A DNA stretch of 64,000 nucleotides from Octopus sinensis (lineage: Eukaryota), in contig NC_043000.1 of NCBI RefSeq assembly GCF_006345805.1, positions 153,574,001 through 153,638,000 on the forward strand. The letters are read 5' to 3'. Below are positions 1-12,767 of the stretch, piece after piece. Under the pieces are notes generated by a model. That model searched no databases, was not told the DNA's origin, and saw only the letters and a list, made by a program, of their open reading frames with translations. Position numbers and translations under genes: made by a program. Position 1 is the first letter of the stretch, and every line of letters begins with the position of its first letter.

Positions 1-439
1 TACACACACACACGCACACACGTACACACTAGCTCACTCACATACATATGCATGCATTGTTTTCTTATTTATTCGAAAATTTGAATTTAACCAGTCATAA
101 GATCCTGTCTGCATTCGCTCATCGAGGGTAATGGCCACTTGTGTTCCTGAGAGAATTTGTTTTTAATTTCACGCTAGATTCAGCCACTTTGTCTGAATCA
201 CACACACCTGCTATTCTTCGAGTCCACACCAAGTGTGGTTGTATCAAAAGATTAGGAAATTCATAGCAGTCTTCGGGATGTTATAAAATTAGGAACTAAG
301 GACATAAAATTTAGCAATAACAGCTAAATTTGGCCATCAGGGCCTTCTTACAAATATCTTTCATATTCACTTTGGTTGGTTTACAATATTTAGAAAGGAT
401 TTTGACTCAGAGTAAAATGTCATCTAAGATATCTGTATT

Positions 440-660
440 TATTTTTTTATCGTTTACTTCTATCATTCATTGGACTAAGGTACAATCTTGAAAGGTTTAA
501 GCTGAACCAATCGATCCCAGTACTTTTATTTTTGGACCTGGTCTATATTCTGTCGAAACTTATCCTACGGCATTTATTCTACGCCGAACCGCAACTGCTA
601 AGTTCAAGCAAAAAGGCATCGGTTGCCGAGCAGTGGTAGGTAAAAGCACAAACACACACA
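440..660 (-). mobile_element. Degenerate 3' half of SINE family A
   Basis: Patchy similarity (aatcgatcccagtactt, gccgaaccgc, ggcatcggttg, acaaacacacac) to the intact copies at 3476-3936 and 10668-11083. Confidence 0.45.
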
Positions 661-809
661 CACACATGAATCAAGTCCTCCCTTCGAAAATACAACTCCA
701 GAAACATATTAGAATGGATCACGATGCCACAAAACTTTATTTAGAAAGGATTTAGCTAATCCTATCAGGTGGTGCTATTAATTTAGGCATAGCCTACACC
801 AATGAGAAT

Positions 810-940
810 TGACCTGGCTGAGGATGTTAGTCGAAGAATCGATCCCCGGACTTATTCTTCGTCTCTTTGCAAGCCTAGTACTTATTCCATTGGTCTTTTA
901 CTTAATCGCTATGTTACGGGGACATTAACACACCAGCATC
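810..940 (-). mobile_element. 3' half of SINE family A, diverged
   Basis: ttagtcgaagaatcgatccccggacttattctt...gcctagtacttattcc...ggggacattaacacaccagcatc aligns to the family A 3' half. Confidence 0.55.
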
Positions 941-1363
941 CCAAATCATAGATGATTGCTGGATGACGTATCGGGAGTTGTCTGTTTGCGCTATATCTGA
1001 GTTTCTTCCTTCCAGTTCGTTTAATTCACACATTCATAAAATCATATCACCGACAAAATACTGAGTTATTTTGAATTCCGACATCATGTTTATATAAATT
1101 CAACTATGTTCAGATGAATTCAAGTTTTACATATTAGTTTTCTATGCGTCTATCTACTCTACAACTCATTGTATATATTTTAGTGTTCCGGTTTATATGA
1201 TACCATTAGAGTTCTCTGAAGCTATTTTTCGGTCCCTTTCAGAGACACAGGGGGCATTTCACGGTGATATGTGAAATAACCTGTTTGTTCCTTTCTTCGT
1301 TCCTGGTAAATTTATGTAATATCCATTTATGTATCAACAAGTGACACAATTATATATAATGTA

Positions 1364-1543
1364 GCGCAGGAGAGTGGCTGTGTGGTAAGTAGCTAGCTAA
1401 CCAACCACATGGTTCCCGGTTCAGTCCCACTGCGTGGCACCTTAAGCAAGTGTCTTCTGCTGTAGCCCCGGGCCGACCAAAGCCTTGTGAGTGGATTTGG
1501 TAGACGGAAACTGAAAGAATCCTGTCGTATATATGTGTATATA

Positions 1544-1590
<47 letters not shown>

Positions 1591-1828
1591 GTATATGCAT
1601 GTGTGTGTGTGTTTGTGTGTCTGTGTTTGTCCCCCTAGCATTGCTTGACAACCGATGCTGGTGTGTTTACGTCCCCGTCACTTAGCGGTTCGGCAAAAGA
1701 GACCGATAGAATAAGTACTGGGCTTACAAAGAATAAGTCCCGGGGTCGATTTGCTCGACTAAAGGCGGTGCTCCAGCATGGCCGCAGTCAAATTGACTGA
1801 AACAAGTAAAAGAGAGATAAAAGAGAAA
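1364..1828 (+). mobile_element. Full-length tRNA-derived SINE, family A (CORE-like segment, internal TA/TG microsatellite)
   Basis: Pol III A-box-like TGGCTGTGTGG and B-box-like GGTTCAGTCCC, then gtggcaccttaagcaagtgtctt (CORE-like), an internal (TA)n(TG)n, a conserved 3' half and a (TAAAAGAG)-type tail; about 14 copies or fragments in the window. Confidence 0.9.
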
Positions 1829-2479
1829 ATCAGTTCAATAGTGACTGACGATGTGAACAGCCACCGATACATTTTGATGTCCTTTGAAGTAACTCGTTGA
1901 AAATGTTGCATGCATCTATGTGGTATAGTTGCGATCCCTCTTTCGTTGTTTGTTTAATTTGCATAGATTTAGTCATCGTACCAACTAAATGCTGAGTCGT
2001 TGAATACTCTCACTGAATATTGCTCACATATATATGATTATACTCCTAAGATTATAGTGTTATGTATAAGATTATACTGCCAAGTTTTGTGAGTGAATAC
2101 TAACTATGTTATGATCTTATCCTGATGTTTGACACGTGAGCTACTTTGGATTCTGAGTCCAACACGATGCTAACATTTTTTCTCTGGGTAAAACAAATTA
2201 CGTAAATTTATATTGGTAATGGAAAAAGATGTTAAGTCATGTGGAAATATCGTTGGCAGCAGCTGGTGTCTATCCTATGTAAAGTTGCGCCTCAAGCCAT
2301 GAAACTGGAGTTATCCACAGGCAATCAAGTCACTAATATATATTTTATACAATTAATTAAGAAAAGATCAGATTTCCATTCTCTCTCCTTCTTTATCTCT
2401 CTCCCTTTCTCTCTCTCTCTTTCTCTATTTCTCTCCAACCCCCATTCTCTCTCTGCATATATAATAATATTTCACCATA

Positions 2480-2677
2480 TTCTCGTTCACCTATCGCGGT
2501 TTATTATTTAAGCTTACGTCGATTCCTCCGTGGTGTTGTTTTACATTTAATAATAAAATTTATATATACAAATTCTCAAAAATAATTTTTAAAAAATACA
2601 GTACAGTACTGTTTCGACTTCGCGGATTTTCGCCTAACGCCGATGGGGCCGTAACACACGCGATAGTCAAGGGATTA
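2480..2677 (-). mobile_element. Possible Tigger/pogo-type DNA transposon end
   Basis: Minus strand reads taatcccttgactatcgcg...aggcgaaaatccgcgaagtcg, which resembles pogo/Tigger-type termini from memory; second end not identified. Confidence 0.3.
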
Positions 2678-2748
2678 TTATTATTATTATATATATATAT
2701 ATCTATATATATATATATATATATGATATATATATATTATATGTAATT

Positions 2749-2806
<58 letters not shown>

Positions 2807-2844
2807 ATATATATATATATAATGTAAACATAATATGAATGAGC

Positions 2845-2877
<33 letters not shown>

Positions 2878-2910
2878 TGTATGTATGTATGTGTGTGTGT
2901 ATGTATTTCT

Positions 2911-3085
2911 CTCTTTTCCTCTCTTTTACTTGTTTCAGTCATTTGACTGCGGCCATGCTGGAGCACCGCCTTTAGTCGAGCAAATCGACCCCAGGACTTA
3001 TTCTTTGTAAGCCCAGTACTTATTCTATCGGTCTCTTTTGCCGAACCGCTAAGTGACAGGGACGTAAACACACCAGCATCGGTTG
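2911..3085 (-). mobile_element. SINE family A, 3' half only
   Basis: Near-identical to the 3' half of 1364-1828; flanked by microsatellites. Confidence 0.85.
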
Positions 3086-3475
3086 GTATATGCATGTATA
3101 TATGTATGTATATATATATATATATATATATATTATGTATGTATATATGATACTATTATTCTTACGTTACAAATAATTGTTTTTTTATCATATCATTATC
3201 TCATTCTTTCTTCAAAAGGATATCTGTGTTAAGAGAAGCTAGGAAATTAAATAATCTAATTGCTATTGATGCACTGATATATTCTATTCAGAATACATAC
3301 AAGCTTACATACATTCTTCCATGCATACAGGTGTGTATATGCGTGTGTGCGCGCATGCTTGCGCGAGTGTGAGTGTGTATGTGTGTGTGTGGTTGAAATA
3401 CTGAAAATGAGAAGACTGAACACTTGAACTTCCTTTCGTAACGTTTATATCATTCTGGTTTTCGAAAGTTATTAC

Positions 3476-3697
3476 TCTTTTACTCTCTTTTACTCTTTTA
3501 CTTGTTTCAGTCATTTGACTGTGGCCATGCTGGAGCACCGCCTTTAGTCGAGCAAATCGACCCCGGACTTATTCTTTCTAAGCCCAGTACTTATTCTATC
3601 GGTCTCTTTTGCCGAACCGCTAAGTGACGGGGACGTAAACACAACAGCATCGGTTGTCAAGCAATGCTAGGGGGACAAACACAGACCACAAACATAT

Positions 3698-3773
<76 letters not shown>

Positions 3774-3936
3774 TACGACAGGCTTCTTTCAGTTTCCATC
3801 TACCAAATCCACTCACAAGGCATTGGTCGGCCCGGGGCTATAGCAGAAGACACTTGCCCAAGATGCCACGCAGTGGGACTGAACCCGGAACAATGTGGTT
3901 GGTTAGCAAGCTACTTACCACACAGCCACTCCTGCA
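3476..3936 (-). mobile_element. Full-length SINE family A
   Basis: Reverse complement of 1364-1828, including the internal (TA)n. Confidence 0.9.
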
Positions 3937-4405
3937 CCTATATTGTGAAATATCGTTGAGAAATATTTAGTAAATTTTTAATACAATATCTTTCATGAAC
4001 TACAGCGAATTATTTGATAGCCATATATATATATAAGAGAGAAAAGGAAAAAGACAGACCGACAGAGATAAAGAAAGAAATATGGGACCTAATTATGTAT
4101 GTCTAGTCTATACAACTCCTTTTGCAGTAGAGTATTTCTTGCATGGAATTCGGTTACGATTATAATAACTCAAGGGGCTTATTATACCTCGCTTCCACTT
4201 TCTCCAAGATACTATGTGCATTTTGATCTTTTATCGCACGTTGTTTTCATCCTTTCATATGACCTGAAGTTTTAAAAAATATATACAAACAATGATATGA
4301 CTGATTTAATCTCTCACTCTTTGTGTCTGCCTGTCACTTCCCTCTGCCTGCCTCTTTCACCACCATCTCTATCTGCTTGTCTCATTGCCTCCTCTCTGTC
4401 TCTCT

Positions 4406-4489
<84 letters not shown>

Positions 4490-4560
4490 TAGTAGATCTC
4501 TGTGTGTCTGTGTGCATGTACATATACATAATATATATAATTATATATTATATATATATC

Positions 4561-4765
4561 ATGCTGATTCGTTAGCTACTGCACGCATTTTTTTTCTCTC
4601 CTTCTTTCTGTGTTTTTCTCTCTCTGTGTATCTTCTGTTGAAGAGCGTAGGCTCGAAACGTTAAAGACTTGTTTTATTTATATTTCCTGAGCGCCATACT
4701 AATACAATTGTTCGTTTGTTTTCCACCTGCCTTCGTCTTTTGTTTATTTTCATAAAGCTTCCCGT

Positions 4766-4775
<10 letters not shown>
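4561..4775 (+). mobile_element. Repeat with hammerhead-like motif, probable Penelope-like terminal repeat (duplicated at 6619-6835)
   Basis: Carries the 4631-4667 motif and is bounded by microsatellites; PLE assignment is inferred from the motif only. Confidence 0.4.
4631..4667 (+). ncRNA. Hammerhead-like motif with variant core
   Basis: TCTT-CTGTTGA-A-GAGC(GTAG)GCTC-GAA-ACGT-T-AAAGA: 4-bp stem II, palindromic stem III ACGT, A6>U in the core, one bulge in stem I. Confidence 0.4.
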
Positions 4776-4809
<34 letters not shown>

Positions 4810-4971
4810 GAGGAGGAGAGAGAGAGGAGGGAGAGAGAGAGGAGGGAGAGAGAGAGAGGCATGACTGAACAAGTAAAAGAATAAAAAAGTGCATATGATA
4901 TATATATATATATACATAGATAGTTAGATCTCTGTGTGTCTGTGGCATGTACATATATATATATATCATAT

Positions 4972-5323
4972 GCACTTTTTTATTCTTTTATTTGTTTCAG
5001 TCATTTGATTACGGCCATGCTGGAGTACCGTCTTTAGTCGAACAAAGAGGACCCAGTATTTATTCTAGCGGGGACATAAGCACACCAACATCATCTGTCA
5101 AGCGATGGTGGTGGGGGTTAAACATAGAGGAGACAAACAAGAACAGACAAAGGGATTTGGTCGATTACGTCGTCTCCAGTGCGTAACTGGTACTTATTTA
5201 ATTTACCGCGAAAGGATGAAAGGCAAAGTCGACCTCGGCGGAATTTGAACTCAGAACGTAACGGCAGACGAAACACTGCTAAGCATTTTGCCCGGCGTGC
5301 TAACGATTCTGCCAGCTCGCCGC
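4972..5323 (-). mobile_element. SINE A 3' fragment (4972-5112) abutting SINE family B (5113-5323)
   Basis: Family B minus strand: ggcgagctggcagaatcgttagc (A box) ...gagttcaaattcc (B box) ...gtcgactttgcctttcatcctttc. Confidence 0.85.
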
Positions 5324-5411
5324 TACATATTTGTGTGTATAACTGTATGATAAATGTATATATATGTGTGTATGTATATGTACACACATGTATATATATA
5401 TAATATATAAT

Positions 5412-5482
<71 letters not shown>

Positions 5483-5985
5483 TGTATATGTGTGTGTGTG
5501 AATGGTGCAAATGCACGTATGCATATGCACGTATATAATTATGCATACATTTACATACACACGCATCCATGCTTACACAGTCACGCACACATACACACGT
5601 ATATATATATGTATATATATATCTATATGTATATACATTCATACATATTATACATACATCATACATAAATACATATATGTATATATATGCATGTATGTAT
5701 ATATGTATGTATGTATATATGTATATATACATACACGTTCGGATGCATATGTGTGCTATATGTGTGCATGAATGCTTTTGTGCCTTTAGATATATGTAGA
5801 ACTCTGTGTTATACAGCCTGAATAACAATGAGATACTCTAAATATAAATAAGACCCAATGTTTACACATGCTGTAGATGCAACGATATACACGTAAACTC
5901 ACTGACACGAGTGTAATAACATATATACATATATTTCTACGTGCTTACATGAGCATATGATATATCTGACTATCATAGCAGATAG

Positions 5986-6038
5986 AATAATAATAATAAT
6001 AATAATAATAATAGCAATATAGTAATAATAATAATAAC

Positions 6039-6093
<55 letters not shown>
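5986..6093. repeat. (AAT)n microsatellite (duplicate at 8062-8160)
   Basis: Direct inspection. Confidence 0.95.
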
Positions 6094-6094
<1 letters not shown>

Positions 6095-6467
6095 GAAACA
6101 CATCTGGCTTCGTGATACGCATGTACATGATCGCCAATATTCATGTATATACGTATTTTTATGAATAGTGTGAACTGCATAAATTCTTGTGTGAACTGTG
6201 CATATATGAAATTCTATATCTGTTTCAGTGTCCACATTTCCCCATGCTAGCGTGAAAGTTTCCCACTGTCTTACGTGTGTATAAGTCCACACACTGTCTT
6301 TCATAAGCATGCCGACTCTCCATATTCTTTACAATATTATCGATGGAAGATACCCCATTGAAGCGTCTGTACAATAAAAACGAATGCGACAGGGTGCCAT
6401 AGGTAACTCCTTGAGTTGAGAAACCTCAGTCATTTCAGATCTTATTATATCTTCATACTTGCATCAA

Positions 6468-6537
<70 letters not shown>

Positions 6538-6688
6538 TATACATAGATAGTTAGATCTCTGTGTGTCTGTGTGCATGTACATATATATATATATATATAT
6601 ATAATATATATATATATCATGCTGATTCGTTAGCTACTGCACGCATTTTTTTTCTCTCCTTCTTTCTGTGTTTTTCTCTCTCTGTGTA

Positions 6689-6725
6689 TCTTCTGTTGAA
6701 GAGCGTAGGCTCGAAACGTTAAAGA
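6689..6725 (+). ncRNA. Hammerhead-like motif with variant core (duplicate of 4631-4667)
   Basis: Identical sequence inside the tandem duplication. Confidence 0.4.
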
Positions 6726-6823
6726 CTTGTTTTATTTATATTTCCTGAGCGCCATACTAATACAATTGTTCGTTTGTTTTCCACCTGCCTTCGTCTTTTG
6801 TTTATTTTCATAAAGCTTCCCGT

Positions 6824-6867
<44 letters not shown>

Positions 6868-7051
6868 GAGGAGGGAGAGAGAGAGGAGGGAGAGAGAGAG
6901 GAGGGAGAGAGAGAGAGGGAGAGAGAGAGGAGGCAATGACTGAAACAAGTAAAAGAATAAAAAAGTGCATATGATATATATATATATATACATAGATAGT
7001 TAGATCTCTGTGTGTCTGTGTGCATGTACATATATATATATATCATATGCA

Positions 7052-7400
7052 CTTTTTTATTCTTTTATTTGTTTCAGTCATTTGATTACGGCCATGCTGG
7101 AGTACCGTCTTTAGTCGAACAAAGAGGACCCAGTATTTATTCTAGCGGGGACATAAGCACACCAACATCATCTGTCAAGCGATGGTGGTGGGGGTTAAAC
7201 ATAGAGGAGACAAACAAGAACAGACAAAGGATTTGGTCGATTACGTCGTCTCCAGTGCGTAACTGGTACTTATTTAATTTACCGCGAAAGGATGAAAGGC
7301 AAAGTCGACCTCGGCGGAATTTGAACTCAGAACGTAACGGCAGACGAAACACTGCTAAGCATTTTGCCCGGCGTGCTAACGATTCTGCCAGCTCGCCGCT
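7052..7400 (-). mobile_element. SINE A fragment plus SINE B (duplicate of 4972-5323)
   Basis: Part of the tandem duplication. Confidence 0.85.
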
Positions 7401-7466
7401 ACATATTTGTGTGTATAACTGTATGATAAATGTATATATATGTGTGTATGTATATGTACACACATG

Positions 7467-7548
<82 letters not shown>

Positions 7549-8113
7549 ATATGTACATGTATATGTGTGTGTGTGAATGGTGCAAATGCACGTATGCATA
7601 TGCACGTATATAATTATGCATACATTTACATACACACGCATCCATGCTTACACAGTCACGCACACATACACACGTATATATATATGTATATATATATCTA
7701 TATGTATATACATTCATACATATTATACATACATCATACATAAATACATATATGTATATATATGCATGTATGTATATATGTATGTATGTATATATGTATA
7801 TATACATACACGTTCGGATGCATATGTGTGCATATATGTGTGCATGAATGCTTTTGTGCCTTTAGATATATGTAGAACTCTGTGTTATAACAGCCTGAAT
7901 AACAATGAGATACTCTAAATATAAATAAGACCCAATGTTTACACATGCTGTAGATGCAACGATATACACGTAAACTCACTGACACGAGTGTAATAACATA
8001 TATACATATATTTCTACGTGCTTACATGAGCATATGATATATCTGACTATCATAGCAGATAGAATAATAATAATAATAATAATAATAGCAATATTAGTAA
8101 TAATAATAATAAC

Positions 8114-8161
<48 letters not shown>

Positions 8162-8533
8162 GAAACACATCTGGCTTCGTGATACGCATGTACATGATCG
8201 CCAATATTCATGTATATACGTATTTTTATGAATAGTGTGAACTGCATAAATTCTTGTGTGAACTGTGCATATATGAAATTCTATATCTGTTTCAGTGTCC
8301 ACATTTCCCCATGCTAGCGTGAAAGTTTCCCACTGTCTTACGTGTGTATAAGTCCACACACTGTCTTTCATAAGCATGCCGACTCTCCATATTCTTTACA
8401 ATATTATCGATGGAAGATACCCCATTGAAGCGTCCTGTACAATAAAAACGAATGCGACAGGGTGCCATAGGTAACTCCTTGAGTTGAGAAACCTCAGTCA
8501 TTTCAGATCTTATTATATCTTCATACTTGCATC

Positions 8534-8608
<75 letters not shown>

Positions 8609-10392
8609 TCTCTGTCGTTTGCTCCATCTCTTTTTTCTCTCACGTTTGCTTCATCTCTCCTTTTGTTTGAATAAAATATTATATCCTTGTCTATCCCTTT
8701 CTCACCTCTCTTTCTTATATCCCTCTCCCTCTTTCTCACCCCTTCTTATCTCTCTCTTTTCCCATTCCTCCCTTTCTCGGGAAAGGAAGTGAGTGAGTAA
8801 TATATGTACAGAAAAGGATCGAAAGCTTAAAAAGCAAGTAGATACCCAGTTGAATAGCTGTTGAATACCCGGTTGGAGTTATATAGATATATAGAAAGTT
8901 TTAACTCGTTAGATGAAAAGCATCAGTCCTATAAGTTTAACTGTACAAATAAAATATGTTACACAGTAAGTGCAATACCTCGTCAATAGTTTGTTTCACC
9001 ATTTTCTATTTCGTGGCCTAGAGGTGAACAGTGCACCATTATGTAACATTATAACAATCAATAGCTCGGGAACTTTTAAACTTCATTGCACATGAAGCCT
9101 CGGCTGTTGCTTTTCTTTACAATAGTCTAAAAATCTTCTCCCGTGTGAGAAAATGAGTCCTTCACAGATGTTTCTGACTTAGGCTTCAAAATGTTAGAAA
9201 ATTTCATATATACTAAATAGTAGATATGGTCGGCTTGTTAGAGCAACACTTAGTTTAGTGGTGGGCGATTGTCCGTAACTCGGTGACAGGAGTCGGAAAT
9301 GTATCTAGGGTCGGAGTTATTAGTGAAATCAGAGTTTCAGAAAGCTGAATATGTTTTCTCCAATCAACCAGCATAATGACAAGGCTTCAGTATTCAAAGA
9401 TAAGTATTAACTTTATGGCGGACTGAAAATTGTAAAACTAGGACTTACAAACTTCACAAAAAATATATGAATTACATACTTAATTATTTCATTAATAAAT
9501 CTTATCCTCTTTCTCCGCAAACTGATGCAAGTAGATATCAAATAGTAGAAGTAAAATCAATTTCACAAGTAATTTAAGTTTGGGCCTCACACGACACCAG
9601 GTTTAATGCCAGGATCTTGTCTTTTGATCTCTTTAGAAGAGTTAGCTCTGTTTCAACCATTCGGAACAGAGCTGGGTACTCCCCATCTTAGATCAATTTT
9701 CAAACTTGTAATTGTTTAATTCAATCTCTCCAATCTAAGAGGGCCTCGAATAGTTATGGACATAGTTCTCCATGCCCTGATTAACATATAAAAACTGTAA
9801 TATACTTGTTACACATTTATTACACACACTGTAACAAGTACAAACAGTAATTGATTCGTCCCAAACAGTCGGACTAATTCCTTTTGCCTTCAGTAATGAT
9901 GGAGCTACTGTCAATGTTTCAAAAGTGTCTGACGATTTCTATCTCTATGTGCACTCTCGATTTCATAGAAAAAGCAGAATTTAAGTCTCGTTGAAATCAA
10001 AATTTAACATGTGAAGCTGAAAAGTCACACTTAATGATAGAGTAGTCCTAGACATACTGTGTCCGAAAGAGCATGAATCAGACTGCTTGCTCATGGCTGA
10101 AATACTTTGAATTATGAATCTACTTGTCTATGATTGATCTTATCAGCAAAAATAAGTAAATAAACATTAAAAAATACGAATGGTAAAGAAAAATGTCTCC
10201 AATGTAAATTTATCTTCCTCCCTGATGAGTTACGATAGATATCAACGATTTCGTATAAAGAATATTATATCTGTGGGCTGAACGCAAATCTGCCTAGAGG
10301 TAAGCCGGAGCAGCAACAAAAGCAATAACTACAAAAAAGAAAAAAATAACGATGATGTGGACGACAAAAGGGCCTTCAACGAAAACGACAAT

Positions 10393-10599
10393 ATTCTTTT
10401 CTGCTATAGGCACGAGACCTAAAGTTTTGGAGAAAGGTGCTGGTCCACCACACTGAGCCCAGTGATCAAATGGTACTTAGTTTATCGACACAAAGGATGG
10501 AAAGTCGATCTCGACGGAATTTGAACCCAGAACTTAAAGCCGGAAGGAATACTGCTAAGCATTTTATCCGACGCGGTAACGATTCTGCCAGCTGCCGCT
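10393..10599 (-). mobile_element. SINE family B, diverged, near full length
   Basis: ttctgctataggcacgagacct...tttatcgacacaaaggatggaaagtcgatctcgacggaatttgaacccagaac...gattctgccagc. Confidence 0.8.
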
Positions 10600-10667
10600 T
10601 TCATAACGATAATAATAATATAAACATAAAAACGGTGATAGCATTTAAACATTTAAACGACAACGGT

Positions 10668-11083
10668 TTACTCTTTTACTCTTTTACTCTTTTACTTGTT
10701 TCAGTCATTTGACTGCGGCCATGCTGGAGCACCGCCTTTAATCGAGCAACTCGACCCCGGGACTTATTCTTTTGTAAGCCCAGTACTTATTCTATCGGTC
10801 TCTTTTGCCGAACCGCTAAGTGACGGGGACGTAGACACACCAGCATCGGTTGTCAAGCAATGCTAGGGGAACAAACACAGACACACAAACACACACACGC
10901 ATATATATATATATACATATATACGACAGGCTTCTTTCAGTTTCCGTCTACCAAATCCACTCACAAGGCTTTGGTCGGCCCGGGGCTATAGCAGAAGACA
11001 CTCGCCCAAGGTGCCACGCAGTGGGACTGAACCCGGAACCATGCGGTTGGTAGACAAGCTACTTACCACACAGCCACTCCTGC
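10668..11083 (-). mobile_element. Full-length SINE family A
   Basis: Aligns over its full length to 3476-3936. Confidence 0.9.
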
Positions 11084-12038
11084 TGTAAAAAAACCCCAAA
11101 AACACAGAAATGACGACGATTGCAAAATGCCAACAAGAACAACGAGAATATCAAAAGAGCAATATAACAATGACGATCAAGACGATAACAACAAAAGCGT
11201 GAACAAGAACTCGTTTTAAGTACCATGTAAGATGGCTGAAAGACTAACGCGTAATTAATACAATACAATATAATATAGATACATAAATATACAAATATAT
11301 AAATATATATATAGCTTTCCTACTCCTTTTGTTCTCGTTCTTTCGCCTCTTATATTTTTAAGTACCTGTTGTTTATCAACGGTTTCTGTAGCTAGCCAGA
11401 TTTATTAAAAAAGGTTACTATTGTTGTTTTGTTGCCGAAATTGCTCTAATTATTTCTTTACATTTTGCTTTTATTTTTGCTAATTTCTTTTACTTCTTCT
11501 TGCTGTTCCACTATGTGTTATGTGTTTATGCTAAAATATGTCTCTTAGAAATAAATAGTTTGCAAATTACGTCTGAGTGAGATAATGGGTGTATTTATAG
11601 ATACTTGAAAATAGATAAATGTTACGTTATGTTTTATATTCATGCGTGCGTGAGAGAGAGAGAGAGAGTGTGTGTTGTGTGTGTGAGTGTGTTTTACGAT
11701 TCAGCATCTATCTGGCGAAAGGAGGTTCAGAGAGAAGAACAATATTAGAATAACAATATTCATTATTTTGTTGGTATCAAAATGGGTTTTAAACACAAAA
11801 TAATCAATAATGAAAATTTCCTCTATAGATCTATTATTAGTCAGTCAACCTGGCCATTTCTTTTTATTAGTGTATGATTCCATTATAAAGATAGCTGAGT
11901 GCTATAACCTTTACTATACCGGACCGATAGCTGTGATATTTGATTTCTCTTTGAGTCGACCTCGCCCTCCGGAGTATGTAACAAATCTGAAAATTTAGTT
12001 TTATGATGATCAGAAAGATATCACACACGCACACACAT

Positions 12039-12073
<35 letters not shown>

Positions 12074-12451
12074 GACACACACATGCACGCACACACGCAC
12101 GCACACACACATAAGCCCTTCAAAGCTTGTACTAAGAATATGGATAAGGTAAAATTTTATAGCAAGTTGATACAGGTAGTTTATCCCGTCCTCACCGACT
12201 TTATTTCATGCAATTGAAAAAACTGCATTATTTATGGGATGAACTAATATAATATTGTATAAGATTCAGTGTCTTTCATAACTATTGCATATATTTTCAA
12301 TAAGCGAAGTGTCAGAAAAAAATTCAACCCATTTTGTGGTAGTCACGACAGTATCAGACGTGGATTAGACTACATTAATTACATTATTACATTTCCTCAC
12401 CCATTTCCCGCAATTTGATATGGCATTTAAAATCAATTTGATTTAAATATT

Positions 12452-12767
12452 AGTTTCAAATTTTGGCACAAAGCCAGTAATTTTAGTGGAGGAGGCTTGT
12501 TAAAATACCTCTAAACATTTTTCCGGCGCGGTAACGATTCTTCCATCTCACCGCCCTTAAATTTGCTGACTTTTTAATATTGGTTACAAATTTTGGAGTA
12601 GAGGTTAAGTCGACTATATCGGTCCCAGTGTTCAACTGGTACTTACTTTATCGATCCCGAAAGGATGAAAGGCAAAGTCGGCGTTAGCAGTATTTGAACT
12701 CAGAACGTAAAGAGAAATACCACTATGCATTTTGCGTGACAAGCTAACGTTCTGCCAGCTCGGCGCT
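12452..12767 (-). mobile_element. Two tandem SINE family B copies (first internally deleted)
   Basis: Two ttcaaattttgg/ttacaaattttgg starts and two gattcttccatctcaccgcc/gttctgccagctcggcgc ends. Confidence 0.7.

Larger units (their letters stand above)
4410..8540. repeat. Near-identical tandem duplication, unit about 2.06 kb (about 4410-6468 and 6469-8540)
   Basis: The same unique sequence recurs at offset 2058 (4571 vs 6629) to 2068 (6461 vs 8529); each boundary lies in a (CT)n tract; differences are mostly 1-nt indels and microsatellite lengths. Confidence 0.92.

Noticed and set aside
9644-9673. 11-bp hairpin AGCTCTGTTTC/GGAACAGAGCT
   Set aside because: Single short stem with no supporting context; compatible with chance
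9894-9984. Possible exon after ctaat...ccttttgccttcag (NDGATVNVSKVSDDFYLYVHSRFHRKSRI*)
   Set aside because: Same reasoning; no donor site and no homology
10222-10256. CTGATGA-GTT...AAC hammerhead-like start
   Set aside because: Followed by GATTTC rather than GAAAC; stems I and III do not form
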